A DNA stretch of 64,000 nucleotides from an uncultured Solirubrobacterales bacterium (GTDB lineage Bacteria; Actinomycetota; Thermoleophilia; Solirubrobacterales; Solirubrobacteraceae), in assembly GCA_963703825.1 (NCBI GenBank), contig CAVPFS010000003.1:5689-69688 (forward strand), written 5' to 3'. This document shows positions 50,112 through 64,000 of this stretch, piece by piece; position 1 is the first letter of the stretch, and every line of letters starts with the position of its first letter. The translations under genes were made by a program, and so were the position numbers. The notes under the pieces were generated by a model. It made no database searches. It saw only the letters and a list, made by a program, of their open reading frames with translations, and was not told the DNA's origin.

Positions 50112-51250
50112 GCGACGACGTCGGCGATCAGCTGCTCGCGCTCTGCGTCGCTCGCGAACAGGAAGCGATGCACGCGCAGCAGCCCCTCGACGTCGTGCAC
50201 GTCGTCGTCGAGGTGGGGCACGAGCAGCAGCGGCCGGTCGCCGAGCTCCGAGCGAAGCCGCTGCACCCCGGCCCAGTCTCGCCGCGCGAGCACGTGGTAG
50301 TCCTCGAACGTCCGCGCCACCCGATCGGCGAGCTCGGCCGCGAGCTCGTCGCCGAGCGCCGCTCGCAGGTCCTCGGCGTCGGCGCCGCCGAGCACGTCGT
50401 GGTGGACACGGTTGACGATCACGCCGGCGAACGGGAGGCCGCTGTCGGAGAGCGTGCGGCGGAACCAGACTGCCTCGTCGATCGCCGCACGCTGGGCGGA
50501 GGTGACGAGCAGGAAGGCGGTCGTTTGTGCCCTGAGCATCGCCTCCACCTGGGCGGCGCGCTTTGAGAAGTCCTCGGTCATGTCACCGAGCAGCCCGAAG
50601 AAGGTCGACAGGTCTGAGACCAGGTCGACGCCGGTCACCTTGCGCAGCGCGCCCAGAAACGGAGCCGCGCCGCGACCGAGCACCCGCATCCCGAGCCCGG
50701 TCGGGCGGATGAAGGTCTTCAGTGCTCGGCCCTCGAGAAATGAGGTCAGCCGTCCGGGCGCGTCAAGGAAGTCGAGCGCGTTGCGCGACGGCGGCGTGTC
50801 GAGCACCAGCAGATCGAAATCGCCGTCGCGATCGAGCTCGTACAGCTTGGCGACAGCGGTGAACTCCTGCGAGCCCGAGACCGCGGTCGAGAGCTCGCGG
50901 TAGACGCGGTTTGACTTGATCTCCTCCGCTCGCTGCGGATCGGCGGCTACGCGGTCGATCAGCTCGTCGAAGGTCCGCTTCGGGTCGAGCATCATCGCCC
51001 ACAGCTCGCCCTTCACCTCAAGCGAGCCGGCCAGCCGCTCGGGCTCGACCCGGCGGGGCTCGTTCTCGAGCTCGTGCAGGCCGAGCGCGTTGGCGAGCCG
51101 CTTGGCCGGATCGATCGTCACGACGGCGACCTTCGCCCCCTCGGCCGCCATTCCGAGCGCGATCGCCGCCGATGTCGTCGTCTTGCCGACGCCGCCGGAG
51201 CCGCCGCAGACGCAGACCCGCTTGCCTTCCAGCAGTTCAGCGACGCTCAC
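50108..51250 (-). CDS. ArsA/GET3-family ATPase
   Basis: GSGGVGKTT, TIDPAKRLANALG, LDTPP. Confidence 0.88.
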   Translation of the reverse strand: MSVAELLEGKRVCVCGGSGGVGKTTTSAAIALGMAAEGAKVAVVTIDPAKRLANALGLHELENEPRRVEPERLAGSLEVKGELWAMMLDPKRTFDELIDRVAADPQRAEEIKSNRVYRELSTAVSGSQEFTAVAKLYELDRDGDFDLLVLDTPPSRNALDFLDAPGRLTSFLEGRALKTFIRPTGLGMRVLGRGAAPFLGALRKVTGVDLVSDLSTFFGLLGDMTEDFSKRAAQVEAMLRAQTTAFLLVTSAQRAAIDEAVWFRRTLSDSGLPFAGVIVNRVHHDVLGGADAEDLRAALGDELAAELADRVARTFEDYHVLARRDWAGVQRLRSELGDRPLLLVPHLDDDVHDVEGLLRVHRFLFASDAEREQLIADVVA

Positions 51251-51260
51251 CGCCGCGAGT

Positions 51261-52448
51261 CTAGATTGGTGGGCGGCCCGGGGCTGGAGTCAGCTCGCGG
51301 TCGGGCTGGTCAGATCGAGCACTTTGATCGCTGGTCGTCTCGTCGTGAATCTCGGCGACGCTGACGCCCGGATCGGGGAGCACCCGCAGCGCGTCGGCAG
51401 GCAGACCGACGCTGACGGGCGTTCCCTGGCTGTAGGTCAGCGCGGCGCCGTCGTTGCGGACGAGCGCCTGCAGCGCCGAACCGGTCGCGAGGCGGACATA
51501 GACGTGCGTGGTCGAGCCGAGGAACACGAGCCGCTCGACCATTCCGGGCACGCGGTTATCGCCGGACGTGTCAAAAGAGTGCAGGTGGATGCGCTCCGGG
51601 CGGATCGCGAGCTTGACGGCGCCGGTCGCGTCGAGCTGTCCCGCCTCGGCATCGAGCACGAAGTCGCCGAGGCGCAGCCGGCAGCACCCCGACCTGGCGG
51701 CACCCGGCTCCACCTGGGCGTCCATCAGGTTCGAGACGCCGAGGAAATCGGCCACGTAGGCATCGACCGGCTCGTTGTAGACGTGTTCGGGGGTGCCGAT
51801 CTGGACGATCTTCCCGTGGTTCATGACGGCCAGGCGGTCGGACATCGTGAGCGCCTCCTCCTGGTCGTGGGTGACGTACAGGAACGTGATCCCGACCTGC
51901 TTCTGCAGGACACCCAGCTCGACCTGGAGCGTGCGGCGCAGCTTGGCGTCCAGCGCGCCGAGCGGCTCGTCGAGCAGCAGGACCGACGGGCGCAGCACCA
52001 GCGCACGTGCCAGCGCGACGCGTTGCTGCTGGCCGCCGGACAGCTGGTTGGGCCGGCGCTTTTCGTAGCCGGATAGCTGTACGAGCGCCAGTGCTTCTGC
52101 CACCCGGCTCTCGCGCTCGGACTTGGCCACCGACTTGTACCTCATGCCGAACGCGACGTTCTCGGCGACAGTCAAAAACGGGAACAGCGCATAGCTCTGA
52201 AAGACCGTGTTGACGTTGCGCTTGTTGGGCGCCCAGTTGCCGACGTCGACGCCGTCGAGCAAGATCTGGCCGGCGGTCGGCGGCTCGAAGCCCGCGACCA
52301 TCCGCAGCGTGGTCGTCTTGCCGCAGCCGCTCGGTCCGAGCAGCGAGAAGAACTCACCGGCTTGGATCTCGACCGAGATCTCATCGACCGCGGTGACGTC
52401 ATCGAACCGCTTGGTCAATGACTCGAGCTTGATGTTGCCTCCGCTCAT
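51261..52448 (-). CDS. Polyamine ABC transporter ATPase (PotA-like)
   Basis: [44 protein letters not shown]-like tail. Confidence 0.9.
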   Translation of the reverse strand: MSGGNIKLESLTKRFDDVTAVDEISVEIQAGEFFSLLGPSGCGKTTTLRMVAGFEPPTAGQILLDGVDVGNWAPNKRNVNTVFQSYALFPFLTVAENVAFGMRYKSVAKSERESRVAEALALVQLSGYEKRRPNQLSGGQQQRVALARALVLRPSVLLLDEPLGALDAKLRRTLQVELGVLQKQVGITFLYVTHDQEEALTMSDRLAVMNHGKIVQIGTPEHVYNEPVDAYVADFLGVSNLMDAQVEPGAARSGCCRLRLGDFVLDAEAGQLDATGAVKLAIRPERIHLHSFDTSGDNRVPGMVERLVFLGSTTHVYVRLATGSALQALVRNDGAALTYSQGTPVSVGLPADALRVLPDPGVSVAEIHDETTSDQSARSDQPDRELTPAPGRPPI

Positions 52449-52458
52449 TTCAGCCCTC

Positions 52459-53395
52459 TCAGATACCTGCGATACCGGTTAGCGCCTCGGTGCCGCCGCT
52501 GTTCCGTTCGCCCCGGGTCATCCACCTGTAGGCGAGGAAGCCGATCAGCGCCGCGAGCAGCGACAGAACAAGCATGATCGTCGCCAGGGCGTTGAGTGCG
52601 GGGCCGCTCAGGCCACCGTGGACGTTGGAGTAGATCAGCACCGACATCGGTTGCGTATTGGCGGTCGACGACAGCTGCTCGACGATCACAAAGTCATCGA
52701 CCGTGCTGGCGAACACGAGCACAGCGCTGGCGAAGATGGCGGGCATCAGCAGCGGCAGCAGCACCCGGCGGAGCGCGCCCATTCGCGATGCCCCGAGATC
52801 GGCCGCCGCCTCCTCGTAGGTTCGCCCGATCGACACCAGGCGGGCCCGGACGATGATCGCGGGCCAGCTGAGGTTCCAGACCACCAGGCCGGCTACCTCG
52901 GCGGGCGTTCCCAGGCGGATGAAGGTCAGCGCCTGTGTGACCAGCAGGAACAGCGCCACCGCCAGCAACAGCTCCGGGATAACGAACGAGAAGATCATCA
53001 CCAGGTTGAGGCCGTTCGAGGTCCGGGTGCGCCAGCGATCGATGCCGATCGCAAACCCGACTCCGATCGGGACGCAGATAAGCGTCGTCAGGACCGCGAG
53101 CACGATCGTCTGGATCACCGCTTGATGCAGGCCCGGGTTGTGAAGCACCGAGGTGACCTGGTTGCCGACGTACCACTTGGTCGAAAAGCCCTGCCAGGTG
53201 GCCTGCGACGCGCCCTTGTTGAACGAGAACAGGACCGCGATCCCGATCGGCACGATCGACCAGACGATGTACAGCCATGTGAAGCCCTCCATCGCCCACG
53301 GCCGCCGCCATGGGTTGCCCGCGCGGCCGGCCGCGACGCGCGACCGTCCCGGCGCCCGCAGGCGCGGTTACCGGCTCGCCGACGGTACTGGCCAT
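52459..53395 (-). CDS. Polyamine ABC permease (PotC-like; frameshift near start)
   Basis: FSFN, GFSTKWY, EEAAADLGAS, DDF. Confidence 0.88.
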
Positions 53396-54310
53396 CAGGC
53401 GAAGTCCCTCGATGCCCGGGCAGTGCTGATCACGTAGTAGATCATCGGGATCAGCAGTACGGCGAGCAGCATCAGCGCCAGCACCGCGCCCTGGCCGGTC
53501 TGGCCCGGCGAGTTGAGCTGGCCCTCGATCGCGTTGCCGATCATCGTCGTCCCCGGCGCTCCCGACAGCAGCTGGTTGGTGAAATAGTCGCCCAGCATCG
53601 GCAGCGCGGTGATGAACACACCCGCGACGATCGCCGGCTTGCTGAGCGGAACGGTCACATGCCAGAACGTGCGCCATTTGCTCAGACCGAGGTCGCGCGC
53701 GGCCTCGATCAGGCTCGGGTCGATCCGATCCAAGAACGCGTACAGGACCAGGATCAGGTACGGGATGTACCCATACACGAGCCCCAGGATCACGGTCACT
53801 GACTTGCCGCCCAGCCAATCTGTGTTGCCCGGAAGTCCGAGCGAACGACAGCGCGCTGTTGAAGAGACCGCCCTGTTGCAGCAGGTCGATCCAGGCCAGC
53901 ATCCGCATCATGTAGCTGACCCAGAACGGCGCGATCAGCAGTACGAGGAATAGCGCCTTGCGTCTACCGGCATAGCGGGCGACGAAGAACGCAACCGGGT
54001 AGGCGATCGCCAGCGAGATCACGGTCGCGATCGCCGTGTAGAGCAACGTCCGGAGCGCCGGCGGCCCGAGAAACGACCCGGTGCCGACGATGTTGTGCCA
54101 GACCGCGGTCAGGTTCGCGCTCGACCAGTGCAGCGGGTTCCAGGTCGGCACGGCCGTCTGGAAGAACGCGTTCACGCCGCCGCCGGCGACCGACAGCATC
54201 ACGTAGAACGGCGCCACGAACAGGACCAGCAGCCAGACGGCCCCCGGCGCGGCGAGCCCGATCCACAGCCAGCGGTTGCGCCGGTCGTGCGTGTCCTGCC
54301 GCCGACCCAT
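53395..54310 (-). CDS. Polyamine ABC permease (PotB-like; frameshifted)
   Basis: AYPVAF, PFWVSYMMRMLAW, LIEAARDLG, MIGN. Confidence 0.88.
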
Positions 54311-54321
54311 CGAGCCCTACC

Positions 54322-55594
54322 CTACAGCCCCTTCGAGAAGGTGTTCCAGGTGTCCTCCCAGACGGTCGTGGCGGCCGGCGGCAACTCGAGTTCGAAGATG
54401 CCGTGACGGAAGTAATCCGGTAGCACGACGGTCGAGGTCAGCTGCGGCGGCAGCAGCTTCTCGGAGATCAGCTTTGCCGGGGTGACCGCGGTCAGCGGCT
54501 GCATGTAACCGACGTAGCTGTAGTTCTCCAGCGCGTTGCTCACGTCGAGCAGGTAGTTGATGAACATGTGCGCAAGGACGGGGTTTGAGCCGCTGGTCAG
54601 GTTGACCATCAGATCGTTGGCGACCGGGCCCTTGCGGTCGGCCGGGAACCAGTAGCCGAGCGTGTCGACCGAGGTGCCCTTGGGCAGGTACTCGTACGAC
54701 GGCGGCCATGTCGCCCGACCAGGCGTGGTGAATCCAGGTCTTGCCGGTCGGGACGTCGGTGTAGTCGTTGTTGTCGATCCGGACGTTGGTCAGGCTGGCG
54801 AGCTGCTGCAGCGACTTGCCGGCGGCCTGGATCTGGGCCGTGTCGGTGGTGTTGAGGTTGAGGTTGCCGGCCTTCAGCAGCGCCAGGCCGATCGTCTCGC
54901 GGTCGTCGTCGAGGACGGCGACCTTGCCCTTGTAGGCCGCGCCCTCCCACGGCATGTTCCACGACGGGGCGAGGTTGACCTTGTCCTTGCGCCAGGCCAT
55001 CCCGCTGGTGTAGATCGAGTACGGCGTCGTGTACTGCCAGCCCTGGTCGTAGAACGGATTGCGATAGTCGGCCCAGGTGTTGGCGATGTTCGGGATGTAG
55101 CTCTGGTTCAGCGGCCGGATGAACTTGGCCTCGATCAGCTGACCGAGCACATCGACGGTCGGGAAGAAGACGTCGAACTTGAGCTGTCCGCTGGCCAGCT
55201 TCGAGATCGCCTCCTCCATCGTGTTGAACGTCGTCAGCGAGTAGTTGCAGTTGTGCTTCTTGCAGAAGCTCTTGATCACGGCCTCGTTGATGTACGCGAC
55301 CCAGTTGTAGATCTCCAGGGTGGCGCCCTTCTCGGGCGCCATGCCTGCGGCGATCGGCTTGTTGTCGGCGAAGATCGGCCACTTGACCGGGTTGTCCTGA
55401 CGCGGGAGCGGAACGCCGCCGCTGCCGGTCGGACCGCCGCCACCGGTCGAGTTCGACCCACCGCAGCCGGCCAGCATCCCCCCGAGCGCGAGACCGGCGC
55501 CCGCGGCGAGCAGCTGACGGCGCGAGATCGCGCTTTGCAGCGGATCGGGTCTGCGCCTGATTCCTCCTTCGGACCATCCCTCACGTGGATGCAT
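54322..55594 (-). CDS. Polyamine ABC substrate-binding Tat lipoprotein (PotD-like; frameshifted)
   Basis: SRRQLL...LAGC, IYNWVAYI, AWSGD, AHMFINYLL. Confidence 0.85.
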
Positions 55595-55621
55595 GCCACC
55601 TCACCTCCTCGAGAACGGTGC

Positions 55622-56287
55622 TCATCGGTCCTCCTCATCGGTCGCTGCTTGCCGACACGCTCGTTGCTGCTCGCGGCTCGACGAAGATCGCAGCCGAGCT
55701 CGATGGACGCGAGCGCTAAGGCAGCGCTGCACCATCCGCGCGGGCGTCGACATCGGGCTGGCCGAGCGTGACCTGCACGCCGAGCCCGTCAAGCAGGCCG
55801 CTGAGCATCGAGCGCGAAGTCGTCCGGGTCCGCGTCGGGGCTGAACTCGCCCGCTCGCCTGGCCGTCGCGGACGATGTCGGCGATCAGCTTGCGCTGGCG
55901 GCGGTCAAGGCGAAAGTAGGAGTTGCGGACGCTCGGGTCGCGGCGGGCGCGGACCCAGATCTCCATCCACAGCGTGTAGTCGTTGAGCCCGCCGGGGCCG
56001 AGGCTCGTCTCCTCGATCAGGTGCACGAGCTTGTCGCTGGCGCGCTTGATCTGGCCCTGGCCCTCGGACAGACGGCTGTAGAAAGCGCGGTCGGCGTACT
56101 CGACCGCCTCCTCGAGCAGCCGGTCCTTGGACTCGAAGTAGTAGAGGATCGTCGGCGAGCTGGTCCCGGCCCGCTCGGCGATGTCGCCGATCCTGGTGTC
56201 GAACAGCCCCCGCTCGTAGAGGACCTCGGCTGCGGCGGCGACGATCTGCGGCTTGCGCAGATGGTCGACTTTTGGACGGGGGCTCAT
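55622..56287 (-). CDS. TetR-family (BetI-like) regulator (frameshifted)
   Basis: RKPQIVAAAAEV...DIAERAGTSSPTILYYFESKDRLL. Confidence 0.85.
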   Translation of the reverse strand: MSPRPKVDHLRKPQIVAAAAEVLYERGLFDTRIGDIAERAGTSSPTILYYFESKDRLLEEAVEYADRAFYSRLSEGQGQIKRASDKLVHLIEETSLGPGGLNDYTLWMEIWVRARRDPSVRNSYFRLDRRQRKLIADIVRDGQASGRVQPRRGPGRLRARCSAACLTGSACRSRSASPMSTPARMVQRCLSARVHRARLRSSSSREQQRACRQAATDEEDR

Positions 56288-56312
56288 TCTCCTCGATTGC
56301 TCAGGCGTGTAT

Positions 56313-56330
56313 CCTGACTCGCCATTCAGG
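56313..56330. promoter_or_regulatory. Candidate TetR operator
   Basis: Palindrome CCTGACTCGCCATTCAGG between divergent genes. Confidence 0.55.
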
Positions 56331-56384
56331 AAACTACGCAGCGAGCTGGCAGCTGTCAAGCACGCGGCGTTAGGAGGAGATCGC

Positions 56385-57707
56385 GTGGTCGACGTGGCCG
56401 TGCTCGGGGCAGGGCTCGCAGGACTGTCGGCGGCGCGCGATCTGAGCCGCGGGGGCGCCGAGGTCGTGGTGCTCGAGGCGCGCGAGCGCGCCGGCGGCCG
56501 AGTCGAGGCGGTGACGCTTGCAGATGGCCGCGTCGTCCAGGCCGGCGGCGAGGTGTTCGGACGCGAGCACCACGCCTACCGCGAGCTGGTCGCCGAGCTC
56601 GGGATGAGCGTCGAGCCCAGCTACGTCGCCGATCCCGGGCGAGATGAGCTGGGGCCTGGTCGAGGGCGTGTAGTCGGCGACGGATCCCGTGGATGACCGA
56701 CCGCGAGCGTGAGGACGCTTGACCGCATCGACGGCGAGTTCGCCCGCCTCGCAGCGACCGTCGACCCCGCCGATCCCTGGAGCCACCCGACGCGCGAGCG
56801 AGCTTGACCGGCTAAGCCTCGGCGCCTGGCTGCGCGAGCAGGGTGCCCTGCCGGCCGTCCGCCGCCGCTACGAGCTCACGGCGCTCTCGCTGTCGTGTGA
56901 CGGGCCCGAGCGGACCTCGCTGCTGGCCGAGCTGCGCAAGCACGCGACGCTCGCCGGCGAGGGCTTCTATGACCTCGCCGAGTGGGAGGGGCTGCGCGTG
57001 GTCGAGGGCTCGGCTGCGGTCGCGCTGGCGATGGCCGCCGAGCTGGGCGCCGCGATCAGGCTCGGGCGCCGGTGGCCACGGTCGAAGTCCGCGGCTCGCA
57101 CGGCGTGGCGGTGACGCTCGCCGACGGCGAGCAGGTTGAGGCCGAGGCGGTCGTCTGCGCGCTTCCCGCCGGCCCGCTGCGGGCGGTCTCGATCAGCGGC
57201 CTCAGCGACGAGCGGCTCGCCTCGCTGCGCGCCCAGCGCCACGCGCTGGCGGCGAAGGTCGTGGTCGCCTACGAGGAGCCCTTCTGGCAGCGCACGGGCA
57301 GAACGGGCTCGCCGAGACCGAGTGGCTGTTCGGCTCCACCTGGCCACAGGGCTCGCGGCGTGCTGTCGCTGCTGGTTGCGCCCGAGCGCTTCTCGGCGTT
57401 CCGGCGGCGCCGCCGCAGGCTCGCCGCGCAGGCCGTGCTCGACGGGCTGCGCGCGCTGTACGGAGACCGCGCGCGCGAGCCGCAGGCGATGCTCGAGCGC
57501 GCCTGGGGGAGCGACCCGTTCACGCTCGGCTACATCACCTCCTGGGCGCCGGGCGACCTGATCGCGTCGGTCCGCTGCACGGCACCCACGAGCCGCCGTT
57601 CTACGTCGCCGGCTCCGACCACTGGGTGGCCGGCTACATGGAGGGCGCGGTCCGGACCGGCCGCGCCGCGGCGGCGCGCTGCGCTCGGCGCCCGCTCGCC
57701 GGCCTGA
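56385..57707 (+). CDS. Flavin monoamine oxidase family protein (frameshifted)
   Basis: GAGLAGL, EARERAGGR, YEEPFW, WGSDPF, AGYMEGAVRTG. Confidence 0.85.
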
Positions 57708-58339
57708 GCCGCGGATCCGGCCACCAGGCGCTCGCCGAGCCCGAGGTCGCGCGGCCAGCGCCGACTCGACCGCCCGCCGGGCGCGCTCCAGCGGGATCGT
57801 CTGAGTCGCCGATCAGGTTGCGGATCCCGAAGCCGTCGAGCAGCGCCAGCGCGCCGGTCGGCGACCTCGTCGGGGTCGCAGCGCTCGAATTCGCCGTCCG
57901 CGATCCCGGCGGCGATCTCGTCGGCGAACCACGCGTGCAGCCGTGCGTACAGCTCCTCGGCGACCGGTCGCAGCTCCGGGTGGCGGACCGCCCGCAGCCA
58001 CAGCTCGACCCACAGCACCCAGTCGTCGCGCAGCGCCGGCGGTGGTCGGCAGGCAGTGGTCGATCATCGCAGCGCAGCCGCTCGGCGTGGGAGCGCGCCG
58101 GTCGGGCTCGCCGGCCGCGATCCGGGCGTCGCCGGCGTGCGTGTAGGACCAGTCCAGCGCCTCGGCCAGCAGCGCCTCGCGGCTGGCGAAGTGGTAGTGC
58201 ACGAGTGACGTCGAAACGCCTGCGTCCATCGCGATCCGCGCGATCCGGACGCCGTCGATGCCCTCGCTGGCGATCCGCCTCACGGCGGCGGCGAGGATCC
58301 GCTCGCGCGCCCCGGTCGCGACGCGGCGACGGGGCTCAC
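57700..58339 (-). CDS. TetR-family (BetI-like) regulator (frameshifted; 3' end approximate)
   Basis: RERILAAAV...IAMDAGVSTSLVHYHF, LWVELW. Confidence 0.8.
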
Positions 58340-59488
58340 GCCGTCTCGGCGAGCGCCGGGGCCAGGTCGGCGCGGATCCGGTCGGCGAACCAGGCCACGC
58401 CGCGCTCGCGCGCGCGACAGCGGACCGCACCGGTAGCCCCGCGTCGCCAGGCCCTGCTGCACGTTGTCGACCAGGTCGATGTCCTCGTCGAGCACCAGCG
58501 TGTTGAGCCGGTTGTTGGCCCACTGCACGAAGCCGCGTGCGCGGATTGGCGCCGGCCGGCCGGTAGCCGGCGAACACGTCGACGCGTGCGGGCACGCCGT
58601 CGGGCGAGCATCTGCCAGGTGTTGACCTGGTCGGGGTACAGATCGATCGTCGTGTTCGGGTAGATGAAGGCGTAGCGCCAGATGAAGCGGTCGGACTCGC
58701 CGAGCCCGGGCATCGGGGTGACGAGCTTGGCGTACAGCCGCTCGAGCCGGTTGCTGCTCGGCTTGTCGCGCAGCGGCGCGTCGAACCACACGTAGTGGTC
58801 GTGGACCTCGACGTCGTAGTGCTTGTAGTCCAGCATCCGCATCAGCCCCGGATGGGCGATCGGGATGTGGTAGCCCTCGAGGTAGTTGTCGGCGACCGCC
58901 TTCCAGTTGGCCGGCTTGCGTGCCGGCTGCCGGGCGAGAACGGCTCCAGCGTCTCGATCCGGTAGCGGCGCCAGGCGCTGCGGGCAGGTCGCCCACCAGC
59001 TCCGCCAGCGGCGTGGCATCGCGGGTCGAGGTTGACGAACACCAGCCCGCACAGCTCCTCGACCCGGGCCGGCATCAGCCCGAACGCCGCCTTGTCGACC
59101 GTCTCGTCGAACGACAGGCCCTCGGGGACGCCGATCAGCGAGCCGTCGAGCCGGTAGGTCCAGCCGTGGTAGCGGCAGCGGATCGCCGCCTTGCACTGGC
59201 CCGAGCCGCTCAGCAGCCGCGAGCCGCGGTGGCGGCAGACGTTCTTGAACGCGCGCAGCTGGTGCTGCTCGTCGCGGACGACGAGCACCGGCTGGGTCCC
59301 CGCGCGGGCGGTCAGGTAGCTGCCCGGGCGCGGGCAGCGACGAGACGTGGCCGGCGAGCTGCCAGGTGCGCTCGAAGATCAGCTCCTGCTCTGCCTCGAG
59401 CAGGCTCGGGTCGGTGTAGAGCCGGGGCTCGAGCGCCGTGCCGGCGGCGGCGGAGGGAGCTGCAGTTGACGGCGGGCGCGAGTCTCAT
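58336..59488 (-). CDS. Rieske non-heme iron oxygenase alpha subunit (choline monooxygenase-like; frameshifted)
   Basis: NVCRHRG...CRYHGW; NWKAVADNYLEGYHIPIAH; EDI. Confidence 0.88.
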
Positions 59489-59497
59489 TTACCTCAT

Positions 59498-59515
59498 CCT
59501 GACTTTGTGATCAGT
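59498..59515. promoter_or_regulatory. Candidate TetR operator
   Basis: CCTGACTTTGTGATCAGT, matching the 56313 site. Confidence 0.45.
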
Positions 59516-59530
59516 TATGTTATTATCCCC

Positions 59531-59920
59531 ATGGTCAAGCGCGCGTCCTGGCTGTCGGTCACGCCTGAGCCCGAGCGCGAGCTTCCGGAGGCGGTCGCGA
59601 CGCTCGCCGCCGGGCGGCGCGCCGGCCGAGCGCGACGTGGCTCGAGAGCGCGAGCGGATCGAGCAGCTGGTGCTCCGCGGCAGCCAGCGCCGGTGGCTCG
59701 CCTACCTGCACGAGGTCGTGGACTCTGATCGACGCCACGCGCTCGGCTGTACCGACCCCGACGTGGAGCGCGCTCGCGCGCGCGCCCGCGCCGTGATCGC
59801 CAACCACCACAATCTGCTGCTGGCGCTGCCCGGACGCGGCGCGGCGCTGACCGCCGCCGACCGCGATCGCGCTCGGCGGCGCCAGCCCGCGGCGACCACC
59901 GACAACCACGACAGAGGAGC
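59531..59920 (+). CDS. Small hypothetical protein (frameshifted; end approximate)
   Basis: MVKRASWLSVTPEPERE... joins RERIEQLVLRGSQRRWLAYLHEV. Confidence 0.5.
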
Positions 59921-59924
59921 CCGG

Positions 59925-61114
59925 ATGAGCACCACCACGACCACCGCCGCACCAGGAGCTGACCGACCGAGCAGCTCGAGCTCCAGGAGCGCGCCCGGGA
60001 CTTCGTGGAGCGGGTCCTGATGCCGCTCGAGATCGAGGCCGAGGAGCGCGGCGGCGCGTTGCCCGAGGAGACGGTCGCCGAGATCAAGCGGGAGGCGATC
60101 GCGTCGCGGCTGCACGGCGGCCGTGTCCCGGTCGAGCATGGTGGCCAGGGCTGGTCGATGGTCGAGTGGTTCCTCGTCAACGAGCAGTTCGGCCGGGTCA
60201 CCAACGGCCTGCACTGGCACGTGCCCAACGTCTACAACGTGCTGCTCGAGGGGACCCCCGAGCAGATCGAGCGCTACGTGGCGCCGGCGCTGCGCGGCGA
60301 GGGCGGCGACGCCTACGCGGTGACCGAGGCCGAGGCCGGATCGGACCCCGGCGGGATCGCCTCGACCGCGGTCGCCACCGACGGCGGCTGGCGGATCAAC
60401 GGCGAGAAGTGGTTCGTGACCTCCGGGGACGTCGCCCGCGTGCTGATCGTGATGGCCAACGTGGTCGACGGCGCCGACCGGCTGCCGACGCTGTTCCTGG
60501 TCGAGCCCGAAGCGCCCGGGGTCGAGTTCGTCGACGACCCGCGGTTCACCCACAACTACCCCCACGGCCACCCGACGATCCGCTTCACCGATGTCGAGGT
60601 CGGACGCCGACGCGGTGATCGGCGGCGTGGGCAACGGCGATGAGCTGCAGCGCGCGCTGGTTCACCGAGGAGCGGCTCGGGATCGCGACCCATGGCCTCG
60701 GCGCGATGTGGCGCCTGCTCGACGAGACCACCGCTGGGCGCTGAGCCGCATGCAGGGCGGGCAGCGGATCATGGACTACCAGGGGATCTCGTTCCCGCTC
60801 GCCGACTCGGCGACCGATGCGGCGCTCGGGCGGCTGCTGGCGCTCCAGGTCTGCTCGATGGTCGACGCCGGCGCCGACCCGAAGCTGATCCACGCCAAGG
60901 CGGCGATGGCCAAGCTGTTCGTCTGCGAGGCCGCCGGGCGCTGCGCCGACCGCGCCGTGCAGGCCTTCGGCGGCCGCGGCTACATGCGCTCCTACGTCGC
61001 CGAGCGATTCCTGCGCGAGCTGCGCGTCGACCGCATCTGGGAGGGCACCAGCGAGATCCAGCGCCTGATCATCTCCCGCGCGCTCGAGCGCCGCGGGGTC
61101 GAGGCGACAATCCA

Positions 61115-61118
<4 letters not shown>
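59925..61118 (+). CDS. Acyl-CoA dehydrogenase (frameshifted)
   Basis: SD AGGAG; AVTEAEAGSD, NGEKWFVT, FGGRGY, IWEGTSEIQR. Confidence 0.88.

Positions 61119-64000
<2,882 letters not shown>

Overview
High-GC (roughly 70%) actinobacterial chromosome segment. Gene content and style suggest Solirubrobacterales/Thermoleophilia (inference). Frameshifts are dense at about 1-8 kb and 53-64 kb and look like long-read indel errors, so many genes are split in the ORF track. In order: ppx, a VKOR/DsbA/thioredoxin-like lipoprotein block, two OmpR-type regulators with pstSCAB-phoU, tandem peptidase E genes, an MprAB-like two-component system, xth/ligD, ftsH, a secreted lipase, arfB, csp, 2-oxoacid:ferredoxin oxidoreductase, two c-di-AMP riboswitch-controlled cell-wall enzymes, fatty-acid catabolism genes, egtB, glpX, moeA, a degenerate GGDEF protein, a sigma-70 paralogue, a HEPN-like protein, a phosphoesterase, crcB-crcB-DUF190, an ArsA-like ATPase, and a polyamine/amine uptake-catabolism island. 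The most interesting unexplained signals are non-coding: (i) a structured candidate sRNA behind a sigma-28-like promoter at about 45.45-45.67 kb, with a second such promoter before the sigma-70 paralogue; (ii) 11-bp-spaced PHO-box-like repeats linking the pst locus, the redox lipoprotein and the distant phosphoesterase; (iii) a shared TetR-like operator in the amine island; (iv) two twin-hairpin elements of about 115-120 bp with terminal inverted repeats. No CRISPR array, rRNA, tRNA or transposase was seen.
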